From sequence record DRR723986_646: DNA of 64,000 nucleotides; one strand, written 5' to 3'. How positions within the stretch are numbered: the stretch's first letter is position 1; each line of letters starts with the position of its first letter. The notes under the pieces were generated by a model. That model did not search any database. It was not told where the DNA came from and worked only from the letters and a program-made list of their open reading frames with translations. The position numbers and the translations under genes are program-made. Shown here piece after piece: positions 47,216-58,891 of this stretch.

Positions 47216-47779
47216 TCAATCCGAGTAGAAACCCACCTCTCGAACATCGACCTCAGCTTCGTGATCCCGACCGAAAGCCACCACGGCTAGCGATGTCACG
47301 CTCTCGGGCTTTGGCGTATCACGCAACAGCCACCCTGAAGAAGAGAAATCCGTGAACGGCAGGCGCACTTCAGTCCATTCCCGGGAGACTGGGAACCCTG
47401 CCTGGTAATACTGCCAGGGCAACAGCGTGCCGGTGGTGCGCAAGTGCACAAAGTACGTCTGCTCGTTACCGCGAACAAGCAGCCGGACACCGCGAGCATC
47501 GGGCGGCAGTCGCGTTGCCAGTTCAGTTCGGACCTGGATGAAGCCGCCGTTATTTGCCGTGCTCACCTTGCCCGTCAGGTGCACGTACGCTCCGCTCTGG
47601 TCTTCGAGAAACGCTGCCTGACCGGTGGATTCTCCACCCATGACCGTATCAGAGAAAAAGCGCCAGCGTGATTCTGGCTGATTGCTAAAATCCTCTATGA
47701 CCGGTTCGCTGGCGTTCACATTCGGGGCGCTCCAGAGTACAAGCATCGCCATAAGGCCCAGGGTGGCTAGCCATTGCAT
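47216..47779 (-). CDS. CIA30 family protein, secreted
   Basis: WRFFSDTVMGGES and VSTANNGGFIQVR motifs. Confidence 0.88.
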   Translation of the reverse strand: MQWLATLGLMAMLVLWSAPNVNASEPVIEDFSNQPESRWRFFSDTVMGGESTGQAAFLEDQSGAYVHLTGKVSTANNGGFIQVRTELATRLPPDARGVRLLVRGNEQTYFVHLRTTGTLLPWQYYQAGFPVSREWTEVRLPFTDFSSSGWLLRDTPKPESVTSLAVVAFGRDHEAEVDVREVGFYSD

Positions 47780-47808
47780 AGAGTAGTCTCTTCTACAAGG
47801 AAAAGGAG

Positions 47809-49035
47809 TTACACAGCCGTGTCGACCTGATCCGAGGTAAGCGCCTGGTGCCGACCCACCCGGTCCACGGCATAGGTGTAAATCACATCAGTAGAGGAGT
47901 TGAGCGCGGTCTCCGCCGAATCCTGGATCACGCTGATAATAAAGCCCACCGCCACCACCTGCATCGCAACATCCAGAGAAATACCGAACAGGGAACAGGC
48001 CAGGGGAACCAACAGCAGGCTGCCGGAGGGCACACCACTGGCACCACAGGCCGACAGCGCCGCGATCACGCAGAGCACCAGCGCGGTGCCAAGCGAGACC
48101 TCAATACCCAGAGTATTGGCGGCGGCCAGGCTAAGCACCGTGATGGTGATCGCCGCACCGGCCATGTTCACCGTGGCGCCAATAGGGATAGTGACCGAAT
48201 ACAGTTCTTCACTGATACCCAGCTTTTTCGCCAGGTTCAGGTTCACCGGTATGTTGGCCGCGGAGCTGCGGGTAAAGAAGGCGGTGACTCCCGATTCCTG
48301 CAGGCAGCGCAACACCACCGGGTAGGGATTGGCACCGGTTACCACGAAGACGATCAGCGGATTGACCAGCAGCGCCATTACCAGCATCGCAGCGACCAGC
48401 AGGCCGGCCAGGCTGGCGTAGCCCGCCAAAGACTCAATGCCGGTCGTCGCCACCGTTACACAGACCAGTCCGAAGATACCCAGGGGAGCGAGGCGGATCA
48501 CATAGCGCACGATGGCGCTAACCCCGTCCGCGAGGGTTTGCAGACCGGATTTGAAATCCTCTGAGGCCGAACGGAAACTGATACCCAGCAGGATTGCCCA
48601 GGTCAGGCAACCGAGAAAATTTCCCGTCAGTAAGGCATTCACCGGATTATCGATGAGCTTGAACAGCACATCGGTGAGCACAGCGGTCACCGCCACCGGC
48701 GGACTGCCTTCGGCTACGTTGCTCAACACCAGAGTCTGCGGAAAGGCGACACTGAGCAGCAGCGCCACCAGCGCGGCGCTCACTGTTCCAATGAGATAGA
48801 GCAACAGGGTCCCGAGCGTCTTGCGCCCGTCACTACCGCTCTCGTGCCGGTTGGCGATGGCGGCCATGACCAGCAGCATCACCAACAGCGGCGCTACTGA
48901 CTTCAACATGCCCACGAACAGGCTGCCAAGAAGACCGAGATCTACCGCCACTTCCGGCAGGACGACGCCAAGAAGTGCGCCGAGTGCAACGCCGAGAAGA
49001 ATCTGGGGCACCAGGCCCCAATGCAATGGATTCAT
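47809..49035 (-). CDS. sstT: Serine/threonine:Na+ symporter
   Basis: [44 protein letters not shown] and [13 protein letters not shown] motifs. Confidence 0.93.
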   Translation of the reverse strand: MNPLHWGLVPQILLGVALGALLGVVLPEVAVDLGLLGSLFVGMLKSVAPLLVMLLVMAAIANRHESGSDGRKTLGTLLLYLIGTVSAALVALLLSVAFPQTLVLSNVAEGSPPVAVTAVLTDVLFKLIDNPVNALLTGNFLGCLTWAILLGISFRSASEDFKSGLQTLADGVSAIVRYVIRLAPLGIFGLVCVTVATTGIESLAGYASLAGLLVAAMLVMALLVNPLIVFVVTGANPYPVVLRCLQESGVTAFFTRSSAANIPVNLNLAKKLGISEELYSVTIPIGATVNMAGAAITITVLSLAAANTLGIEVSLGTALVLCVIAALSACGASGVPSGSLLLVPLACSLFGISLDVAMQVVAVGFIISVIQDSAETALNSSTDVIYTYAVDRVGRHQALTSDQVDTAV

Positions 49036-49071
49036 CGTCCCACCCCGAGACTGGATTGAGGCCTGATTGTA

Positions 49072-51312
49072 CTAGACCCGGTAGACCTTGTTCAGCGGCA
49101 GGCTGCGATGGCGTTTGCCCGTGGCAGCAAAGATCGCGTTGGTGATGCTGGGCGCTACCGGCGGCACCCCCGGCTCCCCGACCCCGGTCGGCAGTTCACT
49201 GGATTCGATAATGTGCGAGCGCATAACCCGGGGTACCTGGTTGATACGGGCAATCGGGTAATCATGGAAGTTGGACTGCTGGGCTTCACCATGGTCAAAG
49301 GTGATCTCTCCCATCAGGGCCAGGCTCAGCCCGAATACCATCGAGCCTTCCATCTGCGCGTGAACCCGGTCGGGATTGACGATCAAACCCGCGTCGATGG
49401 CACTGTGCATCTCGAGAACCGTCAGCTGCTGATCCACAACAGAGACCTTGCAGGCAACGGCCACATAGCTGAGGAAGCTGCGCGCGGCAGCCAGGCCCCA
49501 GCCCTGGTTGGCCGGCAGTTTTTCGCCCCAGGGAATCTGATCGGTCAGCTCGCGAATCACATTCTTGAAGCGCGCCGTGTCGTAGGGATACTCCGCCAGC
49601 GGCTTGCCATAATTACTGAACTCGAAGCCTTCCGGCGCGAAATCCAGCAGACGATCCTCTCCAATCAGCTCGAGCCAGAAATCCCGGGGGTCGCGCCCGG
49701 CGGCATGGGCTACCTCGTCGACAAAACTGCCCATACCAAAGGCAAAGGGAATGTTATAGACCGAGCGCAACCAGCCAATCCGGGTATGAGCCTGCGCAGG
49801 ATGCCGTTCCAGGCGCAAGTTGGGTACCGCAAAGGGCTGGCTGCCGAAGGTCTGGCTCAGGCTGCCGTCACTCATTGTGTCGGCCGAGGGATCAAAGGTT
49901 GCCGATATTGGCGGCGTGGCTTGCCTGGCGAGCCAGCCGCTTACCTTGCCATCACCATCCAGAGCGGCCTCGTAGTACTGGGCACAGCAGGAATGGAAGT
50001 AATCGTGGCGGATATCATCTTCCCGGGTCCATACCACCTGTACCGGCCGCCCCACCTGTTGTGCCAGCAAGGCCGCTTCCACCGCAAAGTCCGGCTTTGA
50101 CTTACGACCGAAACCACCACCGAGCAAGGTCACATGCACGGTGACATGCTCTGGCTCCAGGCCCAGCGCTCGCGCCACTTCAGCCTGGGTCGCCTGGGGT
50201 GTCTGGGTACAGGCCCAGACCTCGCAGGACGTCTCACCCACACGAGCGGTGGCCATTGGTGGCTCCATCGACGCATGGGCCAGGTAGGGCGTGCGATAGG
50301 CTGCGGAAATCCGCTTATCCGCCTTTTCCAGTGCCTCATCCACGTCGCCGCGCTCACGCACGGTGTCGCCCCGAGTGTTAGTTACCCGCGCAAGCAACTC
50401 ATCGAGGTAGGCATCGGCATTGTGACTGCTGTGTTCGCTGTCATCCCAGGTGAGCTTTAGAGCTTCACGCCCGCGCATCGCGGCATAGGTGCCACTCGCC
50501 ACGACGGCCACCCCTTCCAGCGGGTGAAAAGCGGTGGGGGTCTGGCCCGTGATCTTGACCACCGACTTCACCCCGGGGACGGCCAGCGCAGCCGCTTCAT
50601 CGTAAGCCTTTACCGTGGCACCCATGACCGGGCGCCGCTCTATCGAGGCGTAGAGCATGCCCTCCACATGCACATCGACGCCGTAGGTAGTCGCGCCGCT
50701 TGTCATATCGTGCAGGTCGACGATCGGCACACTGTGTCCGATGTAGCGAAAGTCCTTTACCTCCTTCAATGCCAGCGTGGCAAGGTCCGGCAGCGGCAGG
50801 CTGGCTGCCGTTTCGGCCAGCTCGCCAAAACCCAAGGACCTGCCATCGGTATGGTGCACCGCATGATCACGCGCACGGCAGGTCTCAACCGGAACACCCC
50901 AGCGTTGCGCTGCCGCCTGTTCCAACAGGGTTCGGGCGGCCGCGCCCATCTGGCGCATAATCTGGTAGAAGTTTCGAATCGAGCGGGAGCCGTCAGTATT
51001 CTGGCTGCCATAGTCCGCATTGGCCAGGCCCTGGATTACCTTGACCTGCTGCCAGTCAGCCTCCATCTCGTCAGCCACCACCTGCGGCAGACCGGTGCGA
51101 ATCCCGGTACCCATCTCGGAACGGTGGGCAATGATCTCCACGACGCCCGCCGGGGTGACGCTGACAAAAAGGTTGAGTGCCGCTCCCTCGGCTGTATCGA
51201 GTACGCCCGCGAGTGCCGGTGTCGGAGAAAGGCTGCCGGAAAGAAGCAAGCCGCTACCTGAGAGCCCGGTTAACTGCAAAAAACGGCGCCGGGAAAGTTT
51301 GCTGATAGTCAT
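49072..51312 (-). CDS. Xanthine-dehydrogenase-family molybdopterin subunit (isoquinoline 1-oxidoreductase beta, IorB-like), Tat-exported
   Basis: SRRRFLQ Tat motif, [27 protein letters not shown] and [15 protein letters not shown] motifs. Confidence 0.9.
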   Translation of the reverse strand: MTISKLSRRRFLQLTGLSGSGLLLSGSLSPTPALAGVLDTAEGAALNLFVSVTPAGVVEIIAHRSEMGTGIRTGLPQVVADEMEADWQQVKVIQGLANADYGSQNTDGSRSIRNFYQIMRQMGAAARTLLEQAAAQRWGVPVETCRARDHAVHHTDGRSLGFGELAETAASLPLPDLATLALKEVKDFRYIGHSVPIVDLHDMTSGATTYGVDVHVEGMLYASIERRPVMGATVKAYDEAAALAVPGVKSVVKITGQTPTAFHPLEGVAVVASGTYAAMRGREALKLTWDDSEHSSHNADAYLDELLARVTNTRGDTVRERGDVDEALEKADKRISAAYRTPYLAHASMEPPMATARVGETSCEVWACTQTPQATQAEVARALGLEPEHVTVHVTLLGGGFGRKSKPDFAVEAALLAQQVGRPVQVVWTREDDIRHDYFHSCCAQYYEAALDGDGKVSGWLARQATPPISATFDPSADTMSDGSLSQTFGSQPFAVPNLRLERHPAQAHTRIGWLRSVYNIPFAFGMGSFVDEVAHAAGRDPRDFWLELIGEDRLLDFAPEGFEFSNYGKPLAEYPYDTARFKNVIRELTDQIPWGEKLPANQGWGLAAARSFLSYVAVACKVSVVDQQLTVLEMHSAIDAGLIVNPDRVHAQMEGSMVFGLSLALMGEITFDHGEAQQSNFHDYPIARINQVPRVMRSHIIESSELPTGVGEPGVPPVAPSITNAIFAATGKRHRSLPLNKVYRV

Positions 51313-51764
51313 GCCTCGCCCTCCCCGGCCGCCTGGCGCACCGCGGCGCGGATACGCTGGTAGGTTCCGCAACGGCACAGGTTGCCTGCCAGGGCATTGT
51401 CGATTTGTTCATCCGAGGGGCTGGGATTGTCCGCCAGCAGAGCCGCTGCAGTCATGATCTGTCCCGACTGGCAGTAGCCGCACTGGGGCACATTGTGTTC
51501 GCGCCAGGCCTGTTGCAGGGGGTGTGAGCCGTCGCTGGACAGCCCTTCGATGGTGCGTATATCGGCACCTTCCGCCGCCGACAGGGGCAACTGGCAGGAA
51601 CGTACTGCCTTGCCATTGAAGTGAATCGTGCAGGCGCCACACAGGCCCTTGCCGCAGCCAAACTTGGTACCGCGCAGTTGCAGACCATCGCGTAGCACCC
51701 ACAACAGCGGTGTTTCCGCCTCGGCATCCACAGTCCAGCGCTTCCCATTGACGGTCAGTTCCAT
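51309..51764 (-). CDS. (2Fe-2S)-binding subunit (IorA-like)
   Basis: [24 protein letters not shown] and NLCRCGTY motifs. Confidence 0.93.
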   Translation of the reverse strand: MELTVNGKRWTVDAEAETPLLWVLRDGLQLRGTKFGCGKGLCGACTIHFNGKAVRSCQLPLSAAEGADIRTIEGLSSDGSHPLQQAWREHNVPQCGYCQSGQIMTAAALLADNPSPSDEQIDNALAGNLCRCGTYQRIRAAVRQAAGEGEA

Positions 51765-51910
51765 GTCTTACCTCCTCAATCTGCTGTTCGACTATAGAAG
51801 ATGCCCGGCCCCACCGCCAATGCATTCGCGGTCGTTCAGCGCTGACCGCTGCGTTCGCCCCGACGGGTCAATGTTTCATATACTGTGCGCCTGCCAGCGA
51901 CTTTCAGCCG

Positions 51911-52729
51911 ATGACCGGAACAACAGCTATGCCAACACCACCCCCGGAATTTGTAACCCTCACTGTCGCCGTATCAGGTCGCGAGGGCAAACTCACTCTG
52001 AACCGTCCGGAACGACTTAACCCCCTGTCGACCGAGGCTCTGCTGGAGATAGCGACAGCGGCACGCTGGTTCGATAGCCAGCGTGACGTGCGCGTGGTCA
52101 CCGTCACCGGGGCCGGTCGCGCATTCAGCGCCGGCGCCGATGTCAGCGCCTTCGGCGAATCTACCGAGATCGATCCCCGCGATGCCGCCGACTCGGGCCG
52201 TTTGATGGCCGATGCAGTGGAGGCCATGCGGGCCGTCACCATCGCCCGTATTAACGGTCCCTGCGTGGGCGGCGGCCTGGTACTCGCCGCCGCCTGTGAC
52301 CTGCGCATCTGTGTGGACGACGCTTACCTGTCGATACCGGAGATCGATCTGGGTATACCACTGGCCTGGGGCGGCATACCGCGCCTGGTGCGGGAGATCG
52401 GTCCGGCACTGACCAAGGAACTGGTCATGACCTGCCGACCGTTCTCCGCCGAGGAAGCCAGGGCCGCAGGCTTTATCAACCGGGTGGTCAGCGCGGCTGA
52501 ACTCGATACCGCCGTCGACGAACTCGCTCGCCAGCTCGCCGCCAAGCCGCGGCATCCGGTGCAGCTGACCAAGATCGGGGTCAACGCGGTCACTGCGTCG
52601 ATGGTGGGACCACAGCGGCACTGGTCGGATGCCGACAGCCTGCTCATGGGCCTGCGCGATCCCGAAGGCCAGGCCTCAGCCGCAGCCTATCTCGAGGGTA
52701 TTCGCAAACGGCGGCAAGGCGATCGCTGA
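51911..52729 (+). CDS. Enoyl-CoA hydratase/isomerase family protein
   Basis: LNRPERLN, AFSAGAD, CVGGG..ACDLR and PEIDLG motifs. Confidence 0.88.
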   Translation: MTGTTAMPTPPPEFVTLTVAVSGREGKLTLNRPERLNPLSTEALLEIATAARWFDSQRDVRVVTVTGAGRAFSAGADVSAFGESTEIDPRDAADSGRLMADAVEAMRAVTIARINGPCVGGGLVLAAACDLRICVDDAYLSIPEIDLGIPLAWGGIPRLVREIGPALTKELVMTCRPFSAEEARAAGFINRVVSAAELDTAVDELARQLAAKPRHPVQLTKIGVNAVTASMVGPQRHWSDADSLLMGLRDPEGQASAAAYLEGIRKRRQGDR

Positions 52730-52764
52730 TACTGGCCGACACTACCGGGAGGAGAAGACCCACG

Positions 52765-53181
52765 ATGCCCAGCAAAGACCAACTGAATGCCTTCATGCGG
52801 GAAGAGTTTCCGCAATCCCCGACGATCGTGGAGTCCGTCGAGCCCATGGGCGCGACCGTGCGTTATCCGACCAACGATCAGGACTTGCGTCCCGGCGGCA
52901 CGATCTCTGGCCCGACCATGATGGCGCTTGCGGACACGGCGGCCTACGTGGCGATTCTCGGGGAGATTGGCATCGTCCCGCTCGCGGTAACCACCAGCCT
53001 TAACATCAATTTCCTGCGCAAGCCGGCAGCCAGCGAAGACCTGCTCGGCCGCTGCAAGCTGATCAAGCTGGGCAAGGTACTGGCCGTGGCGGAGGTGGGT
53101 ATCTATTCTGGGGAGCGGGCGGAGCCGGTCGCTCACGCCACGGTCACCTACTCTATCCCGCCGGGTCAGGCGCCTGCCTGA
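52765..53181 (+). CDS. PaaI family thioesterase
   Basis: RPGGTISGPTMMALAD and AVTTSLNINFLRKP motifs. Confidence 0.9.
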   Translation: MPSKDQLNAFMREEFPQSPTIVESVEPMGATVRYPTNDQDLRPGGTISGPTMMALADTAAYVAILGEIGIVPLAVTTSLNINFLRKPAASEDLLGRCKLIKLGKVLAVAEVGIYSGERAEPVAHATVTYSIPPGQAPA

Positions 53182-54316
53182 CAGCCCCGGAGTCGAGCAG
53201 CGTCTCTATCTCCTCGGCGCTGAACCCCTGCTCACTCAGAATATCGCGACTGTGTTGCCCGATAGCGGCTGCCGGGCCGCGCAGGGCTGCCGGAGTGCCG
53301 CTGAACCGGGGAGCGGGTGCCGGTTGCCAGAACTCACCATCGTCAACAAAGGTGCCCCGGGCCTGGTGGTGCGGGTGGCCGCGCAATTCACTGATACCCA
53401 GGACCGGTGCGTAACAGACATCGACACCGTCGAACACAGCATCCCATTCGTCGCGGCTGCGCCGTTTGATAACCGCCGCCAGGCGTTCCTGCATGGCCGG
53501 CCAGCTGGCCATATCCCACTGCGCCTCAAGACCCTCCGCCTCATCGCCGAGTTGCGCCAGCAGGGCGGCATAGAACTGGGGCTCGATTGAGCCCAGGGCA
53601 ATGTATTTGCCATCGGCGGTTTCGTAGACTTCGTAGAAATGGGCCCCACCGTCGAGAAAGTTGGTGCCGCGCTCCTCTGACCAGAATCCGGCCTGGCTGG
53701 CTGCGAAGGTACTGGCCATCAGGGTGGCCGCACCGTCGATCATGGCCGCGTCCACAACCTGGCCCTTGCCTGAGTTTTTCGCGGCTAGCAGGGCGCACAC
53801 CATGCCGTAGGCCAGCAGCAGACCACCGCCGCCAAAGTCGCCCACCAGGTTCAGCGGGATCGTGGGCTTCTGGCCCGCCCGCCCGATCGGGTGCAATGCG
53901 CCGGCAAGGGCGATGTAGTTGATGTCGTGCCCCGCAACGCCCGACCAGGGCCCCTCCTGCCCCCATCCGGTCATCCGCCCGTAGACCAGGGCCGGGTTGC
54001 GGGCCAGGCAGACATCCGGCCCAAGGCCAAGTCGTTCCATAACCCCGGGTCGGTTGCCTTCCAGCAGCGCATCGGCTCCGTCGAGCAGGCGCAGCACCGT
54101 GGCCACGCCTTCCGGGTGCTTCAGGTCGATACTGATACAACGCTTGCCGCGATTCAGCACATCCAGTCGGGGTTCCTGGGCATTGCTGATCGCGCTGCCG
54201 CCGGGACGTTCCACCCGGATCACCTGCGCACCCAGGTCTGCCAGCGACATGGCGGCGAACGGTCCCGGGCCAATCCCGGCGATTTCGATGATCGTCAATC
54301 CCTCAAGTGGACCCAT
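53153..54316 (-). CDS. CaiB/BaiF CoA-transferase family (alpha-methylacyl-CoA racemase-like)
   Basis: GIGPGPF, NRGKR, RPGVMERLGLG, GHDINY and GDFGGG motifs. Confidence 0.9.
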   Translation of the reverse strand: MGPLEGLTIIEIAGIGPGPFAAMSLADLGAQVIRVERPGGSAISNAQEPRLDVLNRGKRCISIDLKHPEGVATVLRLLDGADALLEGNRPGVMERLGLGPDVCLARNPALVYGRMTGWGQEGPWSGVAGHDINYIALAGALHPIGRAGQKPTIPLNLVGDFGGGGLLLAYGMVCALLAAKNSGKGQVVDAAMIDGAATLMASTFAASQAGFWSEERGTNFLDGGAHFYEVYETADGKYIALGSIEPQFYAALLAQLGDEAEGLEAQWDMASWPAMQERLAAVIKRRSRDEWDAVFDGVDVCYAPVLGISELRGHPHHQARGTFVDDGEFWQPAPAPRFSGTPAALRGPAAAIGQHSRDILSEQGFSAEEIETLLDSGAVRQAPDPAG

Positions 54317-54526
54317 GCTACCGCTCCTGTAATAACCCGTTGACGCAAGATGCCTGCTGCCAAACTGCGATGGTCCATTGTGCCGACAGCACTGAGCCCG
54401 GTTAATGACGAAACCGGCCAGCATGGCCAGTCACAGCCTGACCGAAAAAACGCCGCCACAGGCATTCACTCCAGGGCGCTGGCACCGCACAATAGGTGCC
54501 CGGGTACAGCAACGAGACAGAACGCG

Positions 54527-55741
54527 ATGGACATTCGACTGAGCGAACAACCCGAGGGCCCGCTGCAAGGCATCCGTGTGCTGGATATCTCAACCATGCT
54601 CACCGGCCCCCTGTGCAGTCAGCAGTTGGGCGACCTCGGTGCCGACGTGATCAAGATCGAGCCGCTCTACGGCGAAGTCACCCGCTGGCTGTCACCGCCG
54701 GTGCAGGCCGGGCTCACCGGCTTCTTCAGCCAGGCCAACCGCAACAAGCGCGGTCTGGCACTGGACCTGAAGCAGGCCGAGGGCGTCGAAATCATTCGCC
54801 GCCTTGCGAGTACGGCCGATGTGCTGGTGGAAAATTTTCGCGGCGGCGTAGCCGACCGGCTGGGTATTGGCTATGACGACCTGAAACCGCTCAACGAACG
54901 ACTCATCTATGTGTCGATCACCGGCTTCGGGCCCACCGGCCCCTATGCCGAGCGCCCGGCCTACGACCCGCTGGCCCAGGGCCTGGTCGGCATGATGCCG
55001 GTCCAGGGCAAACCCTTCGGCGGCAAACCACAGTTGATCCAGTCTGCGATCGTCGACAAGACCACGGGCACGACAGCGGCCGGCGCGGCACTCGCCGCAC
55101 TGTACGCGCGGGACTCACACAACGGTACCGGGCGCGGCCAGCGGGTCGACGTACCCATGATCGATGCCTATGCTGCCAACTCACTGGTCGACATGCTCTG
55201 CGTTGACAGCTTCGTACCCAATGACATGCCGGACCCCGAACCCCTGGCGGTGTTGCGAACCTTCGCCACCCTGGATGGCCATGTGGTGGGCATGGCCCTG
55301 CAGGACAATCACTTTCAGGGCCTGTGCAGGGCCCTGGACTGCGAGGCGCTATTGGAACGCCCGGGGATGCGCAACATCGGCGAGCGGGTCGCTGATTTCG
55401 ATAACTGGCTCGACGCGATTGAGGCTGAAATCGGCAAGTGGCCGACGGCGGAATTTCTCTCCCGCTGTGATGCCCAGGGGGTCCCCTTCGGCAAGGTGAA
55501 TACTATTCGCGAATTCGTCGAGGACCCGCAGGCCCAACACAACCGGACGATCTTCGACGCGGAACACCCCGAGGCCGGCACGATGCGCTACATACGCTAT
55601 CCGGGGCACCTGTCGGATACTCCCGCCTGCCTGCACCGGCACCCACCGCGGCTAGGGGAGCACACGGCCGAAATCCTGGCAGAGGCGGGTTACAGTGCGA
55701 CCGACATCGAGCAGTTGCAAGGCAAGAAGATCATCGCCTGA
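54527..55741 (+). CDS. CaiB/BaiF CoA-transferase family protein
   Basis: GPLQGIRVLD, LGADVIKIE, NRNKR, ENFRGG, YDP and PRLGEHT motifs. Confidence 0.9.
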   Translation: MDIRLSEQPEGPLQGIRVLDISTMLTGPLCSQQLGDLGADVIKIEPLYGEVTRWLSPPVQAGLTGFFSQANRNKRGLALDLKQAEGVEIIRRLASTADVLVENFRGGVADRLGIGYDDLKPLNERLIYVSITGFGPTGPYAERPAYDPLAQGLVGMMPVQGKPFGGKPQLIQSAIVDKTTGTTAAGAALAALYARDSHNGTGRGQRVDVPMIDAYAANSLVDMLCVDSFVPNDMPDPEPLAVLRTFATLDGHVVGMALQDNHFQGLCRALDCEALLERPGMRNIGERVADFDNWLDAIEAEIGKWPTAEFLSRCDAQGVPFGKVNTIREFVEDPQAQHNRTIFDAEHPEAGTMRYIRYPGHLSDTPACLHRHPPRLGEHTAEILAEAGYSATDIEQLQGKKIIA

Positions 55742-55752
55742 GGCTCAGCGCA

Positions 55753-57237
55753 TCAGTTGCCCGCGGCGGGCGTAAACCGCCCGCCACTGCACTCAACCGC
55801 CCGGCCGCAGTACTCCTGCTGCTGCATGTCCGCCATCAGCGGCGGATCGTCATTCCAGGCGACTGTTCGCCGACCATCGGCCAGATCCAGCATGGCCACT
55901 GCGCGCCGCTCGGCGCCGGACTCGTGGATGACCGTGTAGCCGGCAATTGTCGCCGGACCGGAGCAGTCCGTGACCACCTCCAGCGGCGGATTGTCCGCCG
56001 CGACTTCACCGGTCACATCAATGAACTGGAAACCCGCGGGACCGGGTTCGGTCGACCACAGCCCGATCGCCTGTTTGGTCATCAGTCCAGACACCGAACT
56101 GGTAAGACCCCGGCTACCGGGTCGCTGACGCATCAGTTCGGCAAGACGGCAGGTGGACTGCAGCACGTAGTTATTCAACGGTCCACCGGCGAAAGGCATG
56201 CCGCCGGTAACGGTCAGTTCACGCTCAAGGTCCAGGCCGATCTCAACGGCATAACTCTCCACCGCCACCGGGAAACAGCTGTACAGGTCAATGAAATCCA
56301 GCTGTTCAACCGAGCAGTCGGCAGCCGCCAGCGCTCGCCGCGCGGCAGCGGCGGCACCCGGTGTACGCGACAGGTCTGCGCGCTGGGCAACGCTGAGCAT
56401 CTGGTTGCACTCAGCGCTGGCGACCGGGAACAGCCAGCGCTCGCGGGGAATCCCCAGGGCTCTGGCCCGCTCGGCACTGCACAGCAGCAGCGCTCCCGCC
56501 TGATCCACATTCCAGGAGGTGTTGTGCAGCTTGGTATAGGGGAAAGCGAGCATCGGGTTACGCGAACCAGGATTACGGATCGTCTCCGGCTCCATTGGCG
56601 AGCGCTTCCAGGCGTGGGGATTGTTGGCAGCGATGGCGCTGAACCGTGCATACAAGGCTGCTATATGATCCCGGTGTGCTTCTATGGATAAGCCTCGGCT
56701 GGCACGAAACGCGCTCTCGATAATCGCATAGTAGTTAACCGGCATGTAGCCCAGCCCCGAGTTGACCTCGGCGTCCAGATAAAGGTCTGCCTCAGCTGTG
56801 CGGGTGACATCAGGACTAGCCGCGTCTTCCCGCTCAGTCGCCTGTTCGCCGGCGATCTGCGCCTGCAGCCAGCGATAGCGCGCCTCGCCTCCCACCACCA
56901 GGCCCGCCTCGATGGTGCCATCCGCTATCAACTGGCAGGTTTCGCCAATCGGAGTCTGCTGCAGCACGCCGATTTCAGCCAGTACTGAGGTCGCCTGCGG
57001 CGCAGCGATGGCATCTGCGATAAGGCGCGCCGGGTCGCCGTAGTGCCACAGCCCCCTGGGAACGCTGATCCGCCCAAGCGCGGTGCGCAGCTCGTCAGCA
57101 CCCGCATCGGCCAGCGCCGCCAGGGCGGCGTCCACCATCAATTCCACCGGCTCTTTCGCCGCCCGCCAGTCGCCCAGTCGCTGCTCGATGATGCCGATGC
57201 CAACCAGCACCGGTGTCTTGTCGGGTATAGCGTCCAT
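55753..57237 (-). CDS. Thiolase-like (acetyl-CoA acetyltransferase-like) protein
   Basis: PVLVGIG, PYTK..VDQAGA, DLYSCFP and TVTGGMPFAGGPLNNY motifs. Confidence 0.8.
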   Translation of the reverse strand: MDAIPDKTPVLVGIGIIEQRLGDWRAAKEPVELMVDAALAALADAGADELRTALGRISVPRGLWHYGDPARLIADAIAAPQATSVLAEIGVLQQTPIGETCQLIADGTIEAGLVVGGEARYRWLQAQIAGEQATEREDAASPDVTRTAEADLYLDAEVNSGLGYMPVNYYAIIESAFRASRGLSIEAHRDHIAALYARFSAIAANNPHAWKRSPMEPETIRNPGSRNPMLAFPYTKLHNTSWNVDQAGALLLCSAERARALGIPRERWLFPVASAECNQMLSVAQRADLSRTPGAAAAARRALAAADCSVEQLDFIDLYSCFPVAVESYAVEIGLDLERELTVTGGMPFAGGPLNNYVLQSTCRLAELMRQRPGSRGLTSSVSGLMTKQAIGLWSTEPGPAGFQFIDVTGEVAADNPPLEVVTDCSGPATIAGYTVIHESGAERRAVAMLDLADGRRTVAWNDDPPLMADMQQQEYCGRAVECSGGRFTPAAGN

Positions 57238-57241
57238 CAGC

Positions 57242-58048
57242 TCATTCCCCCTTGAATTCCGGCATGCGCTTCTCCTTGAAGGCTCGCGGCCCCTCACGCG
57301 CATCACGACTCATCATTACGGCACCCGCCTGTTCCATCTCGAACCGAAACGCGTCCTGCCAGGGCAAGGTGTGGGTCTCCAGCGCAGTGCGCTTGATCGC
57401 CTGCAGGGCCAGGGGTGCCTGCCGACAGATATTGTCAGCCAGCTCCGCGGCACGAGCCAGCAGACGCTCCCGGGGCACTACTTCAGAAATCAGGCCCATC
57501 GCCTGGGCCTCGGCGGCAGCTACCGGTTCACCGGCAAGCAGGATCTTCATCGCATGAGCCCAGGGCAGCTGGCGGGCCAGGCGCACCATCGAACCCGCGC
57601 CGGGCACCACGCCGGACAGCGGCTCCGGCAGGGAAAAACTGGCGTTTTCCGCGGCGACACGGATATCCGTGGCCTGCAGCAGCTCGGTGCCGCCACCCAG
57701 GGCCCGGCCGTTGATTGCCGCGATCACTGGCTTGTACATGGGCCGGTCCTTGAGCATCACCCTGTCGATGATGAGCGGGTCATCGAGCAGCCGTTGTTCG
57801 ACCGCATTCTGCGGCTGGCGCGCACCGGTCCACAGGGGGATCACCTCGCCCAGGTCTCCGCCGCAGCAGAAGTCCTCGTCACCCGCTGCCGTGATTACCG
57901 CCACCCTGATTGCGTCATCGTCGCGCACCCGCTCCCAGGCATCCGCAAGCGCTACAAACATCTCGCCATTCATAAGATTGCGGCGTTCTGGCCGGTTGAG
58001 GGTGATCCAGGCCTGCTGGCCACGGATTTCGAACAACACTGCGCCCAT
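57242..58048 (-). CDS. Enoyl-CoA hydratase/crotonase
   Basis: LNRPERRN, FCCGGDL, KPVIAAING.ALGGGTE and DAREGPRAFKEKR motifs. Confidence 0.9.
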   Translation of the reverse strand: MGAVLFEIRGQQAWITLNRPERRNLMNGEMFVALADAWERVRDDDAIRVAVITAAGDEDFCCGGDLGEVIPLWTGARQPQNAVEQRLLDDPLIIDRVMLKDRPMYKPVIAAINGRALGGGTELLQATDIRVAAENASFSLPEPLSGVVPGAGSMVRLARQLPWAHAMKILLAGEPVAAAEAQAMGLISEVVPRERLLARAAELADNICRQAPLALQAIKRTALETHTLPWQDAFRFEMEQAGAVMMSRDAREGPRAFKEKRMPEFKGE

Positions 58049-58150
58049 AGGGGTCCTCCTGTCGCGCTGGCAGGTATTCGTATCTTGTGCAGGAGCAGAA
58101 GATACGCTGCGCCCTGCCATTTTGCACGGCGGCATGTTTAGATAGCGTGC

Positions 58151-58891
58151 ATGTCGACCCTGTCGCTGCAATCGGTCAGCAAAACCTTTGGTGCCACTAC
58201 TGCCCTGGATACGGTCAGCCTGGAGATACCGGCAGCCGGTATCACCGCGCTTATCGGCCGCAGCGGCTGCGGTAAATCCACCTTACTACGCCTGTGTAAC
58301 GGCCTGCTTACCCCGGACCGGGGAACAGTAACCATCCTCGGCGAACCCCTGGCCTACGATGACCTGCCCCGCCAGCGCCGTCGCATCGGCTATGCCGTGC
58401 AAGGGACGGGTCTATTCCCGCACCTGACGGTGCGCGGCAACATCGCGTTGCTCGCTGAACTGACCGGCTGGTCGGCCGAGTTGATCGACCAGCGTCTGGC
58501 CGAGCTGCTATCGCTCACCCACCTTGAAGAGGAGTTGCTGGACCGTCACCCGCACCAGCTCAGCGGTGGACAGCAGCAGCGGGTCGGACTGTGCCGGGCA
58601 ATGATGCTGCGCCCGCAGGTACTGCTGCTGGACGAACCCTTTGCCGCCATCGACCCCATTACCCGCGCGGACATCCACCAGGCACTGCTCGACCTGTACC
58701 AGGCCGAGCCGACGACCGTACTGCTGGTGACCCATGACATCCGCGAGGCGCTGCGCCTGGCTGACCGCATCGTGCTGCTGGAGTCCGGCCAGATCGTGCT
58801 GGACCAGGAAACCCCAACCTTGCTCGCGGCGCACCCGGGTCTCGACCCGGACCAGCTGTTGCAAGAACTGATGTCGACGGCGGCGGCATGA
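58151..58891 (+). CDS. Osmoprotectant-type ABC transporter ATP-binding protein
   Basis: [30 protein letters not shown] and [14 protein letters not shown] motifs. Confidence 0.9.
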   Translation: MSTLSLQSVSKTFGATTALDTVSLEIPAAGITALIGRSGCGKSTLLRLCNGLLTPDRGTVTILGEPLAYDDLPRQRRRIGYAVQGTGLFPHLTVRGNIALLAELTGWSAELIDQRLAELLSLTHLEEELLDRHPHQLSGGQQQRVGLCRAMMLRPQVLLLDEPFAAIDPITRADIHQALLDLYQAEPTTVLLVTHDIREALRLADRIVLLESGQIVLDQETPTLLAAHPGLDPDQLLQELMSTAAA

